A stretch of DNA of 64,000 bases, from NCBI RefSeq assembly GCF_963921235.1, contig NC_086097.1:176082001-176146000 (forward strand), in the 5' to 3' direction. The translations under genes were made by a program, and so were the position numbers. Below, piece by piece: positions 1 through 14,251 of the stretch. Position 1 is the first letter of the stretch, and every line of letters starts with the position of its first letter. The stretch is from Mobula hypostoma (Eukaryota). The notes below the pieces were generated by a model that had not been told where the DNA came from, did not search any database, and saw only the letters and a program-made list of their open reading frames with translations.

Positions 1-445
1 GCACTTTCAAATGCTGTTGAGGACAACTCCAGGCCTTGGGGAACCATGTTTGTTTTCAAAGATTGACTTGTAAATCTTATTGACAAACAGGCTACAGGGG
101 TTCAGAAAAAGAAGGACAAGGATATTTGTGTGTGTTTGTATCTATAGGAACATCTCCTCCTGCACCCTCTGCACTTCACAACCTCTTCTAAGATAATCTC
201 TTGATTCCTCATAGCAGGGAAACATTGATCACATTTCTTGCTTGTGTTTTTAACTTGGAGTTAAGTACGTCTTGTTGCAGGTTTGGCTGCAGAGGAGATT
301 TTCTTAAAAAGGCTTGCGTAGGGTTCTGAATACCTGAATGTGAAATTGATCTACAAATGCAGGAAATTAATCTCAGGGTTGTGTATGGTGGTATATATGT
401 ATTTTGATAATAAGTTTACTTTGAACTTAGAAATGTCATTTTTGG

Positions 446-930
446 GTGCCCTGCTATGTTATTAAACTGGAAAGAATGCAGAAAAGGTTTACATGGACAT
501 TGCCAGGACTTGAGGGACTGAGTCACGAGATGAAATTGGACAGGCTAGGACTTTATTCCTTAGAGGATATGAAACTGGGAAATGATCTTACAGCTGTATA
601 TAAAATCACGAGGGGCATAGATAGGGTGAATGCACTTAATCTTTTACCCAGGGTTAGGGAATCAAGAACTAGAAGGCATAGGTTTAAGATAGAAGTGGAA
701 ACATTTGAGAGGCAATTTTTGTATAAAAAAATGTTGCATCTATGTGGAATGAGTTGGAAGGAGAAGTGGTTGATAACAACTTTTAAAAGGTAGTTGGACA
801 GGTACATAAATTGTCTAGAAGGTTATGGTCAAATGCAGGCAAGTTGGATGAACCTCAATGGGGCATCTTGGTGCTCATGGAATAGTTGGGCTGAAAGGCC
901 TGATTCCATACTTTATAACTCTGCCTTTAG
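446..930 (+). mobile_element. CR1 LINE 3' fragment (old)
   Basis: ORF 446-793 LERMQKRFT..LPGLEGLS..LDRLGLYSLE..SRTRRHRFK matches the CR1 ORF2 C-terminus; a CR1-like 3' UTR follows. Confidence 0.85.
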
Positions 931-1819
931 TACTCGAATATAAAGGAACTGATAGAGTGGTGGTGAATGTATTTGAAAGGATGAAAGGGAGAACGTTCAA
1001 AGTGACAGGAGCAGAGTCTAGACAGAGAAGCCAAGAATAATATCCAAATGCATAGAAAGCAGAGCGAGTATTATGAAGTGTTCAAGCTCAAACTGATGTT
1101 TGACGTAGCTTAGATGAGGTTAATCACTGAGCGAATCTCAGTCCGACCTAGCAAGCTGATCCAGACTGGAAGAAGATGTGGATTCAGGGTGAAATAAGCA
1201 ATTAGGTACAAACTTGGCTCGTGATCAGAGGCAAAGGGTGGTGGCGAAGGGTTGCTTTTCAGATTGGAGACCTGGAAACAGTAGCATGCTGCGTGGATCA
1301 GTACTGGGATGATATTTTGATTAATGTTTTGGAAGAGAGTGTAGATAGCATGATTTATAACTTTGCAAATGACTCTAAAGCAAGTGGGTATAGTGGACAG
1401 TGAAGGAGGTTGTCTAAGGTTACGGCAAGATCTACATCGACCAGTAAATTGATATGTTGGTACATTGATTTATTATTGTCACAGGTACAAACACTCAGTT
1501 ACAGTTACAGAGAATGTACATTGCATATAGATAATAAGGTGCAAAGCCATCACGAGGTATTAGGGGTCTATTCATTAGTCTTATAACAGATTGGTAGAAA
1601 GTTGCAGTATTTCCTCCAAGGTAGAGGAGTCTGAAAAAAGTGGGCTTACTGTACGTTTAAGGTGAGAAGGAAAAGATTAAGATGGAATTGAGAGGCAAAT
1701 TTGTCACACTCCATGTGGTGGTTATGTGGAACAAGCTGTCTGAAGAAGCTGAGGTGGATACAATTACAACACTTACAAGGCAGTTGGGCAGGTACGTGAA
1801 TAGGAAAGGTTTAGAGCTA

Positions 1820-3659
<1,840 letters not shown>

Positions 3660-4341
3660 TATATATTCGAAGTGCATGCAAACGGGATTAATTGAGATCA
3701 GAATCTTGACTGGCATGGATGAGTTGAGATGATGAGTTTATTTTTGTGTGGTATTATTCTAACACTTTGAATCTATGAAGCTTTATGGCAAGCTATAAAG
3801 AGATCTTTATTTGTATAGAGATCTAGATTATGCTTTCCATTATAAAAGTGATATTGTTGTTTATTATTTTCCCCTGCCCTCTGACACTCTTTGTCTCTGT
3901 AAGCATTCCATTGATTTATTTTAAACCATTCTCCTTCAGTTCTGGCTGCTTCATCATATCTGATTTAAACCATTCCGCTGCGCTCACCAGGGTGGGAGAT
4001 CTCATTATAAATCACAAAATCCTTACAGAATAAACCATTCCAACGTCAGCAGTATGGGTTCAGCTGTCTCAGACGATGGGTTCCCCTCAATTTATCTCTC
4101 CATCTCACTTTCCCTGTAAGGAAGCGGGGGAGAGGAAACAGAAAGTTAACAACTTGATTACTGGTGGTGAAAATGCTGGAGGTTATTAGCAAAAGCACTT
4201 GGAGAAGAGTGACATAATTGGTCAGATTCAGCACTTAGTAATTGGTTTATTGCTTTAACATGCACTGAGACACAGTGAAAAGCTGTTTATTGTGGCAAAT
4301 CATTCCAACTACAAAAGCATTAAGTACACAAGAACTGCAGA

Positions 4342-4520
4342 ACCTTGTGGCACATTGGGCAGCCATTTTTTGCCATTTCCATTGCATTATTTAATGAGGC
4401 CGGGTTGCTAGCCGAACACTCAACCCAGCACAGATGGAAAGTGTGCAAGGAGTCAGACAGATTCGTACTCGGGACCATTTGCCTCAAAGTCCAGTGCTGA
4501 TGCCACTACATCACCGGCTG
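4342..4520 (-). mobile_element. tRNA-derived SINE (family A)
   Basis: Colinear with the copies at 5122-5279 and 8512-8712; A/B-box-like head. Confidence 0.7.
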
Positions 4521-5121
4521 GTGCATAGTTGGAAAAGGCATTGGCTTATTATTGTCTGATATGATGAGATATGTTGCAAAACTTAGTTTTGTGTGCCATC
4601 CATGCAGATAATTTCAAAATGTAAGTACATTGCAGCAGCACAGGGGAAAGTAATGACAGAATGCAACATATACTGTAGTGTTACATTTACAGAGAAAGTG
4701 TAGGCAGACAGACAAATAACATGCAAGGTCCACAATGGGATAGTTTCTGATGTCAAGAGTTCATCTTTATCATACTAGAAGTCTGTTCAAAAGTTTTATA
4801 ATAGCAAGACAGAAGCTGTTTTTGAGTCTGTTGGTACATGTTCTCTAGATCCCCCTAATAGGAGAGTGGAGAAGAGAGAATGGCCAGGTCCTGGATTGTA
4901 TTGGTTGCTTTCCCGAGGTAGCGGGATGTACGTACAGACAAAGTCAATGGTCTGGGTTGTGTTGACAACTTACTGCAATAACTTGTGGTTAGCCCGGATT
5001 CATGAAAGGGAACCCATGCTTGACAAATCCACTGGAATGTTCTGAGGATGTAATTGACAGAACCAATGGATAAGATGTATTTGGACTTCCAGAAATCCCT
5101 TGATAAAATTTGAGGTGATAG

Positions 5122-5279
5122 TTGTTAGCAGTTTTGTTTGTTTTTTTTTATGAGGCTGAGTTGTTAGCTCAATGCTCAACTCAGCACAGATGGAAAGTAT
5201 GTAAGGAGCCAGCCGGATTCGAACCTGAGACCACTCGCCTTGAAGTCTGGTGCGAATGCCATTACACCACTGACCAGCT
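5122..5279 (-). mobile_element. tRNA-derived SINE (family A)
   Basis: Minus strand reads GGTGTAATGG...GGTTCGAATCC (A/B boxes), then the GAGCTAACAACTCAGCCTC body shared with the other copies. Confidence 0.75.
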
Positions 5280-6644
5280 ACCTCAGTACATGTGCAATAA
5301 CAAACCAATTTACCAATTTAAAACATTAATTTTATTCCTTCTTCAGGCATTTTTCATACCTATACTTTTCACAACTCATTGCCAATGCAGAGGCACAAAC
5401 CCTTAGATCCCTTGAGCAGTGAACACTGCCTGTAACACATAGTCCTGTACTCTACCAAAGTATATCCCTATTCTGTTCCCTATACAAACATGGTTGTGGG
5501 GCTTAGCATTACTTCAAAGCCATTTACAAATTTGTGATTGACATCACTGTTGGATGAATCTCAGCTGGTGATGAGTCAGTGTTTAGGGGCTAGACAGACC
5601 ACCTGGTTGAGTGGTGTCAAAACGAAAACAACTTACTCAATGCCATTGAAACTAGAAAGCAGATTTTTGACTTCAGGAAGGGGAAGGGGGAAACCATGTG
5701 GCTGTCTACATTGGCGTATCAGCAGTGGAGAATCAGCAGCTTTAAGTTCCGTAACGTTAACATGTTGGATGACCTGTTCTGGATCCAGCAGACAGATGCA
5801 ATCATAATGAAGGTGCACCAGACCCTTTACTTTCTTGGGAGATTAAGGAGCTCAAAGTCAAAGTTGACTTTATTGTCATATGCACAAGAATATACTGTAT
5901 TTGCACAGGTGCAATGAACATTTTTATAGCATCCGAGAAGCAGCATTCACAAGAAAAACATAAACCAAACATAAATTATTAACACATTTTACAAGAAAGA
6001 ACAGTGTTTTTAGCACTAAAAGCTTTGTGCATTGTAGTGAAAACTCATGAAAGTGATTGTCGTTTTATCGAAGTGTAGAGATCAGGGTTGTGCCGGTTGG
6101 TTCAAGAACCGACTGGTTAAAATATAGTAGCTGTTCTGAAACTGATGGTGTGAAACTGCAGGCTTCTGTTCCTCCTCCTGCAGTGGGGATCTTTGATAAT
6201 GGATGTTGCCTTCTTGAAGCAGCAGCTCCTGTAGATACTATTGGTGGTGGGGAGGGTCATGCCCGTGATGTACTGGGCTGACAATGTATTCGGTGTAGTA
6301 TATGCTTTGAGTGCTTTATGACCATTCTGCTGAATTTAGAGGGGTGAGGACATCACTGCCCTCTCCTTCACCAACAACAGACCTATCCCACATCAGAGAC
6401 ATTTGTTAGAATTTAGAATGCCAAAGAATCTCCTGCATTTCCCACATTTTCTGTTTTTATGTTGCAGATAAACAAAAACTCGTGAGACCTGTTGCAGGAC
6501 TGGGCATGATTTGCATTGACTTGGAGACCTAGTGTGGCCACACCTGCTGTAGCTGGCAGAAAATATGCAGTAACCTGTCAATGCTTGAAATATAAGACCA
6601 AACACATCCAGCCTATAAGGACTACACCCTGCTGATCTCACACC

Positions 6645-7135
6645 CACTCAAAATTGTGCAATTGTGCAATAACCAATCACAAAGCACTCCAGCATGTGGT
6701 GAAAACTGCCCAGCAGATTATTGGCACCCAATTGCCCACCATTGAGAACATCTACCATAAGCGTTGCCTGGGCAGGGCGAAAAGCATTATCAAGGATGCA
6801 TCTCACCCTAACCATAGACTTTTTACTCTCCTCCCATCCGGTAGGCGCTATAGGAGCCTCCGCTCCCACACCAGCAGGCACAGGAAGAGCTTCTTCCCTG
6901 AGGCTGTGACCCTGCTGAACCTCACATCACCACGCTTAGCAGTATTGCATGGATACTGTACTGTCTCAGTGCTTTTATATTTGTGTGCTGTAGCACTTAC
7001 TTTTTATTCGCAGTTATTTTGTAAATAACACTATTCTTTGCATTTCTGGTTAGATGCTAACTGCATTTCATTGGCTTCGTATCTGTAGTTGGCACAATGA
7101 CAATAAAGTTGAATCTAGTCGAATCTAATCTAATT
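6645..7135 (+). mobile_element. Rex1/Babar-type LINE 3' fragment
   Basis: KALQHVVKTAQQIIG..IIKDASHPNHRLFTLLPSGRRYRS..SFFPEAV C-terminus; ends ATGACAATAAAGTTG(AATCT)n. Confidence 0.85.
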
Positions 7136-7244
7136 TTAGTCGTCCAATTTGCTTTTGAACAAAATGGGTTACTTCGCTCAGTGGGCTAGACTATTAGTTA
7201 CAAATCACAAGGTTGTGAGTTCAAGACCACATCCAGAAACCTTA

Positions 7245-7381
7245 GGGGTGGCATGGCAGTATGGAGGTTAATGCAAGGCTATTACCGTGTCAGTGTAACC
7301 AGTTTACTTGTGCCGCTCTTTGTAAGGAGATTGTGCATTCTCCCTGTGTTCGTGTGGGTTTCTACTGGGTGCTGTGGTTTC
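7245..7381 (+). mobile_element. HE1-like V-SINE fragment
   Basis: V-domain-like GGAGATTGTGCATTCTCCCTGTGTTCGTGTGGGTTTC. Related decayed copies at ~25075-25420 (+) and ~49740-49895 (-). Confidence 0.65.
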
Positions 7382-10300
7382 AAATTCAAGTTCAGCTTAT
7401 TTTTATTTAACTGTACACAGTTATATCACCAAAGGAAACGTTCCTCCGGACCAGGGTGCACAACACAGTACCTATTACTCACACACATAACACATAAAAT
7501 ATTATTACTACAAAGAAATTAATAAATAATAAAGTGCATTTATGACACACGCTAAAAGTAAGCAGTATAAAAGTAAGCAGCAACACACACAAAATGCTGG
7601 AGGAACTCAGCAGGCCAGGCAACATCTATGGAAAAGGGTAAACAGTCAATGTTTTGAGCCGAAACCCTTCAAAAGTACTGGAAAAAAGAGATGAGAAGTC
7701 AAGGTAAGAAGGTGGGGAGAGGGGAAGAAGAAATACAAGGTAGTAAGTGACAGATGAAATTGGAGAGGGAGAGGGGTGAAGTAAAGAGCTGGGAAGTGGA
7801 TTGGTGAAAGACACACAGGGCTGGAGAAGGGGGAATCTGATAGGAGAGGACAGAAGGATGTGGAAAAAAGGGAAAGGGGAGGAGCACCAGAGGGAGGTGA
7901 TAGGCAGGTAAGGAGGTAAGGTGAGAGAGGGAAATGGGAATGTGGAATGGTAAGGGGAGGTGGGGGCAATTACCGGAAGTTCAAGAAATAGATGTTCATG
8001 CTATCAGGTTGGAGGCTATACCCATACAGAATATAAGGTGTTGCTCCTCCAACCTGAGTGTGGCCTCATTGCAGCAGTAGATGAGGCCATGTCAGAATGG
8101 GAATGGGTAGTAGAATTGTAATGGGTGGCCACTGGGAGATCCCACATTTTCTGGTGGATGGAGCAGAGGTGCTCAGTGAAGTGGTCTCCCTCCCTCACTA
8201 CCATTCAGAGCCCCAAACAGACCTTTCAGGTGAGATGGCACTTCACCTGTGAGTCTGCTGGGGTCACCTACTGTTTCTGGTGCTCCTGGTGTGGCCTCCT
8301 GTATATCTGTGAGGCCAACATGTATCGGGAGTCTTATCCGCCGAGCACTTATGCTCTGTCCACCAGAAAAAGTGGGCTTCCGTGATGAGGTGACACTCAG
8401 GTTGGAAGAGCAACATCTTATATTCCACTTGTTTAGCCACCACCCTGATGGCAAGAACATAAGATTTCTCGAACTTCTGGTAATTTCTCCCCCCCCCCCC
8501 CCCAACCATTCCGCCGGCTGGTGGTGCAGTGGCATCAGCGCTGGACTTCAGAGCGAAGGTTCCTAGGTTCGAACCCAGCTGGCTCCCCAGACACACTTTC
8601 TGTCCATGCTGGGTTAAGCATCGAGCTAGCAACTCGACTTCTTAAAAAAGAAATTGCCTGATACAGAAACATCAACAGCAAAAAAGTTGATGGCCTATGC
8701 TCCCTGTGAGTTTAAAAGACAATTTCCTTTTCCTTCCTCACCATTCCCCATTCCCATTTCCATCTCTCAACTTATCTCCGTACCTGTCCATCATCTCCCT
8801 CTGGTGCTCCTCCCCCTTTATTCCTTTCTTCCAAGGCCTTCTCTCCCCTCCTTTCAAGTTCCCCCTTTCCAGTCCTTTATCTCTTTCACCAATCGACTTC
8901 TCAGCTTTTTACTTTACCACTCTCCCCCTCCCTGTTTCACCTATTACACACCACTTTGTACTTCTTCCTCTCCTCCCCACCGCCCTTACTCTGTCCTCAT
9001 CTTTTTCCGTGTTCTGACTGTAGGTCTTAGCTCGAAGCATCTTGTTTACTCTTTTCCATAGATGCTGCCTGGCCTGTTAAGTTTGTCCAGCATTTTGTGT
9101 GTGTTACTTTGATTTTCAGCATCTGCAGGTTTTCTCTTGTTTGAGTGTAATATTACTGGTGCTTCATACAGGATGAGACCTGAGTGGGGGCAGGGAGTTC
9201 AGTAGTCTCATGGCCTGGGGGAAGAAGCTGTTTTCCATCCTAACCATTCATGTCCTAATGCTATGGTATCTCCTGCCTGTTGGTAGGGGGTCAAAGAGAT
9301 AGTTGGATGGAAGGGAGGGATGATTGACAATGCTAAGGGCCCTGTGCACACAGCACTCCTGATAAGTACCTCTGATTGGTGGCAGAGAGCCCCCTGATGA
9401 CTCTCTGAGCAGTCCTTGCATTCCTTTGTAGGGACTTGCAGACAGATGCTTTGCAATTGCCGTATTAGACGGAGATGCTGTTGATCAGGGTACTCTCAAA
9501 GGGTGCAGATGTAAACATTTGTTAGAATGGTGAGGGAGGAGGGAAGACACTGGTTTCAATCTCATTAGCAGTTGGTGACACTGCTGTGCTTTATTGCCCA
9601 AAGAACTGTTTTTGAGGGACCAGGTGAGATCGTCCATTATGTGCACTCCCAAAAATCTGGGGCTCCTAACTCTCTCCACAGAGGAACTGCGTATGTGAAA
9701 TGTCAGCCTGCACAATTATCTCTTTGGTCTTGTCCACATTGAGACTCAAGTTGTTGTGTTCACACCACTCTAGAAGCTGCTCTACCTCCTCTCTGTACAC
9801 CCTCTTGTCGCAGTGGGCTGAGCACGTTGCCCTGGGGAGTGCCAGTGCTCAGTGTGATGAAGCCAGAGATGTTTCAGATGAGACTGACTGTGGCCTTTCT
9901 GTCAAGAAGTCCAGTTATTGAGAGAAGTTTTGAGACCCAGCGAAGACAATTTACCCACCAACTTCTGAGGGATGATATTATTAAACACTGAGCTGAATTC
10001 CATAAATAACATCCTGGCCTATGAGACACCATTTTCCAGGTAGGACAGGGAAGAGTGGAGCTTAGAGGCTATGGCGTCATCAGTAGACTGATTTGAACAA
10101 TGTGAACTGGAAAGGGTCCAATGTAGCATGAAGATGGGATTTACGGTGATCCATAACTAGCTTCTCAAAGCATTTCATTATTGTTGAGGTCAGTGTCACT
10201 GGACGGTAGTCACTGAGGCAGGTTACTGTCACCCTCTTGGCCATTAAGCTGATGGTGGCCGCCTTGAAGCCTATGGGGATAGTGGACTGTTCCAGGGAGT

Positions 10301-10900
10301 TGTTGAAGATCTCGGTTAGAACCTCTCCTAACTAGGCCGCACAGTCCCTCAGCTCCCAACCAGGTACATCATCAGGCCTTGCTGCTTTACGTGGGTTGTC
10401 CCTGACTCGGGTGTTCCTCACATCAGCTGTCCTGCAGCCGGAGAGAATGCCTGTTCCTTGGCGTGGGGAAGGCAGGGTCCTTCTTCGCCAGCACATTGTT
10501 CCATGTATCAAATTGAGCATAAACAACATTCAGCCTTTCAGGAAGAGAAGCATTGCTGTCATTGAAGTGCAGGGTTGACTTTTTGTCCATTATGGTCTGA
10601 ATGTCCTGCCACATGTACCTCGTGTCTCTGAAATAGCTGTGTCATCCCATTTTACCTTCCTGATGGCACAGAAAAGTGCAACTCTTGCTGTCTTATCCCC
10701 TGACCTGAAGGCAACATCCCCATCTCTGCCATACCCAGAACTCTGCTGTCAGCCACAGCTTATGATCTATGTTCCCTCTAATGACCAGTGTGCTCAAAAA
10801 TCTTGTGCTGTGCAATTGCTTTTGTCCAGTGACAACAACATGCATGGACTGAATTTTATGTATAGAGGTATTCATTTTAACAGCTGGCAAAACATTGTCA
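7381..10900 (-). mobile_element. Rex1/Babar-type LINE, decayed, interrupted by Penelope copies (7582-9143)
   Basis: Fragments VERVRSPRFLGVHIMDDLTWS, NDYRPV-like and MWQDIQTIMD..LPERLN; the 3' UTR resumes on either side of the Penelope block. Confidence 0.75.
7582..9143. mobile_element. Inverted pair of Penelope-like (GIY-YIG) fragments with a SINE insertion at 8512-8712
   Basis: Minus copy 7582-~8185 and plus copy ~8186-9143. Both contain LRLEEQHLIF..NF-type C-termini and the GATGCTGCCTGGCCTG terminal segment. Confidence 0.85.
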
Positions 10901-10974
10901 ATAAAATCCTCGATCTCCTCTGGGTTTGATTGTTTTCACTCTTGTTCATCTGCACTCTTACAAAACATACACAG

Positions 10975-11370
10975 CAGGCCTATAGCCGGTAATGAAGGAT
11001 TTTCTCATCGGAGCCTTCCATATGTGATTTGCTTGCTAAACGATGCTTTAAAATTTCAAGTTTCCGAATATCATTTCATTTCTTCCTACTTGCAAATTCT
11101 CCAGCAACTTTTGTATTGTGACAATACACACAGGTAACTCCAGTTTTTTGTATTGTACGTAAGTATTTCTCATAGCTGCATATTTCTGACGTCGTAAGCT
11201 TTCGGTGTAGCAGTTTCTACTGTTTCATTAAGCCATTCTGCTTTAAATGAACTAGCAGTTCTTTTGCTCTTCACACTCTTTGCTTCTTTGGAACTCGACA
11301 TAGTGAATCAATAATTTCAATAAAAACAGTATAAATAAGCCAGTTCTAAAATCTGCAGACAAATCATTGC
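10975..11370 (-). mobile_element. hAT (Tip100-like) transposase N-terminal remnant
   Basis: My minus-strand translation from ATG at 11301: MSSSKEAKSVKSKRTASSFKAEWLNE..., then after a stop and frameshift TGVTCVYCH...KLEILKHRLASKSH, a TTF-type zinc-finger pattern. Confidence 0.5.
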
Positions 11371-11372
11371 AA

Positions 11373-11865
11373 ACCAGAAGTTAGAGAAATTGATACTTAT
11401 GCCATCGGGTTGGAGGTTATTCAGACAGAATATAAGGTCTTGCTCCTCCAACCTGAGTGTGGCCTCATCGCAGCAGTAGAGGAGGCCATGGACTGACATG
11501 TCGGAATGGGGATGGGTAGTAGAGTTGAAATGGATTGCTACTGGGAGATCCCGCCTTTTCTGATGGACGGAGTGTAGGTTCTCGGTGAAGCTGTCTCTCA
11601 ATCTATATCCGCTCTCACCGATATACAGGAGGCCACAGTGGGAGCACCAGATGCAGTAGATGACTCCAACAGCCTCGCAGGTGAAGTGTTGCCTCACCTG
11701 GAAGGATTGTTTGGGGGCCTGAATGGTAGTGAGGGAAGAGCTGCAGGAGCAGATGTGGCACTTGTTCCACTTGCAAGGATAAGTGCTTGGAGGGTAATCA
11801 GTGGGGAGGGACAAATGGACAAGAAAGTCATGTAGGGAGCGATACCTGTGGAAAGCAAAGTGGGA
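11373..11865 (-). mobile_element. Penelope-like element GIY-YIG fragment
   Basis: ORF 11317-11814: CxxC linker, VIYCIWCSHCGLLYIGES, HFNS..H, RLEEQ. Confidence 0.9.
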
Positions 11866-11904
11866 GAGAAGGAAAGATTTGGGACAGCAACAGCTTTGTA
11901 TTGT

Positions 11905-13042
11905 ATGCTATTACAGGAAAGATACTAGCATGGATAGAGCAATGGCCAATTGGCAGGAGGCAAAGAGTGGGAATAAAGGGAAGCTTTTCTAGTAGGTTGC
12001 CAGTGACTAGTGGTGTTCCACAGGGATCTGTGTTGGGGCCACTTCTTTTTATGTTCTATGTCAATGATTTGGATGAAGGAATTGATAGCTTTGTGGCCAA
12101 GTTTGTGGTCAATGCAAAGACAGGAGGAGGGGCAGGAATTGCTGAGGACGCGGAAGGACTTAAACAGATTAGGAGAATGGGCAAAGACGTGGCAGATGGA
12201 ATACAGTGCTGGGGAGTATATGGTCATGCACTTTAGTAGAAGAAATAAAAGTTAGACAATTTTTTAAATTGAGTTAAAATTCAAAAATCTGAAGTTTAAA
12301 AGGCCTTGGGAATCCTCATGCGGGATTCCATAATGGTTAATTTGCAGGTTGAGTTGGTGGTGAGGAAGGTAAAATGCAATGTTAGCATTCATCTCAAGAG
12401 GACTAGAGTATAAAAGCAAGGATGTAATGTTAAGGCTTTAGAAGAAACTGGTGATGCCTCATTTGTAGTATTGTGAGCAGTTTTGGGTTCCTTATTGAAG
12501 AAAGGATGTGCTGACATTGGAGAGGGTTAAAATGAAATTCACAAAAGTGATTCCAGGATTGAAAGGCTTATCATATGGTCAGTTTTGTTGGCTTTGGACC
12601 TGTACTCACTGGAATTCAGAAGAATGAGAAGTGGGGGGCCGTGGGGGGGAGATCTCATTGAAACCTGTTGAATGCTGAAAGACCTTGATAGAGTAGATTT
12701 AGAGAGGACATTTCCTGTGGTGGGAGCCCCCTAAGACACGAGGACAGAGCCTCAGAAAAGAGGGGCGTCTATTTAGAATGGAGAAGAGGAGGAATTTTGT
12801 TAGCCAGAGGAGGGTGAATCTATGGAATCTTTTCCCACAGGCAGCTGTGAAGACCAAGTCATTGGACATATTTAAGGCAGAGTTTGATAGATTCTTGATT
12901 AGTCAGGGCATGAAGGGATACAGGGAGAAGGCAGGAGATTGGGTCTGAGAGGAAAATGGATCAGCCATGATGAAATGGTGGAGCAGACTCAATGGGCCAA
13001 ATGGTTTAATTCTGCTCCTATGTATATCTTATGGTCTTATGG
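11905..13042 (+). mobile_element. CR1 LINE (RT to 3' end), decayed
   Basis: VTSGVPQGSVLGPLLF..YVNDLD; (TCTTATGG)n tail. Confidence 0.9.
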
Positions 13043-14109
13043 AAAGTATGCACCAGGGATGTTTATTTAAACCAGGTCTAATGTGTTCTCTCCTCTGGTG
13101 GCAAAATTAACATGCTGGTAGAATGTAGGCAGGACTGTTTTTAAGTTAGCATGTTTGAAGTCATCAGCAACAATAAAGAAGGCGGGGGGAAGTGGTGAAA
13201 TAAAGAGCTGGGAAGTTGATTAGTGAAAGAGATAAAGGGCTGGAGAAGGGGGAATCTGATGGGAGAGGACAGAAGGCCATGGAAGAAACCATCGGGGTGT
13301 GTGGTTTGTTGTCACTGATTATTTCCTACATCACCATGGGGAGGAGGACGTGTGGGATGTATACAGCCACAATCACAATAACAGTTTTCCCTCGGTAAAT
13401 AGAAGGGCCTATACCTCACCGTTACAAACTTTACCAGAGGCAAACAGTGGGTCTTTCTCCCAGATTTCCAAGATGTATTGGCTGTAATTGGGGTGGTGTG
13501 GGCCTGAACAAACAAATAAGTGAAACAGATGCCATTGAATGGATGAGATATCCACAGAGGAAGTTTGATTTTCCAATCATGCTCGGCCCAGCTCCTCACC
13601 GACCCCCAGCTTAGCTCACCTGCAGCTGAAATCCTCACCCACCTCTTCATGAAACTCCCTCTAATCATCCTTACCATCCGAGTTATGCTCCCATCTCGCT
13701 GTTACAATCAAGCAGTGAGTTCTCAACCACCAGGTTCAGGAAGAGCCACTTCCCTTCAGGGACTCAGTTCACCAGGCTCACCTTAAACTTCTTGATGTCT
13801 GGGTAAAGCAGACAGAATAACTAAAGACCCCACCAATCCTGGACATTCTCTCCTCCCCCTCCCACTGGGCAGATGATACAAAGGCTTAAGAGCACATACC
13901 ACCAGGCTCAAGGACAGAATCTATCTCACTTCTATAAGACCATTGAAGGATCCCCATATACGATAAGATGGTCTCCAGATCTTGCAATCTACCTTGTCTG
14001 ACCTTGTATTTTATTGTTTGCCTTCCCTGCACTTTCTGTGACTGTAACACTTCATTCTGCGTTCTTTTATGTTTTCCATTGTACTATTTCAATACACTGA
14101 TGTGATGAA

Positions 14110-14251
14110 GGGGTGTATGGGGTGTATTGGTCCTGACTAAGTATCAGGAAATGCCAATAGCGATTATATAGCTTCTCCCACCCAAGACAACTCCGCCTTC
14201 ATGTAGGACTTAGGTCCGGGTGCACCCTGTCTCGCTGAAGGAGCTCTGTCT
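14110..14251 (+). ncRNA. HDV-like self-cleaving ribozyme (minimal P4, CpG-decayed)
   Basis: Manual fold: P1 GGGGTGT/GCACCCT (14222-28, G1.U wobble); P2 CTCC/GGAG plus AGACA/TGTCT; P3 GCC/GGT; L3 TTCATGTA plus hairpin; J4/2 TGAA. Confidence 0.6.

Noticed and set aside
208..345. Possible minus-strand terminal exon after TTCACATTCAG
   Set aside because: Short frames (YSEPYASLFKK.., IQNPTQAFLRK..) match nothing I recognise, and the acceptor is weak.
6436..6532. Strong splice acceptor TTTTCTGTTTTTATGTTGCAG
   Set aside because: Resembles the decayed Penelope terminal segment also seen at ~58700-58735; no recognisable peptide or good donor follows.
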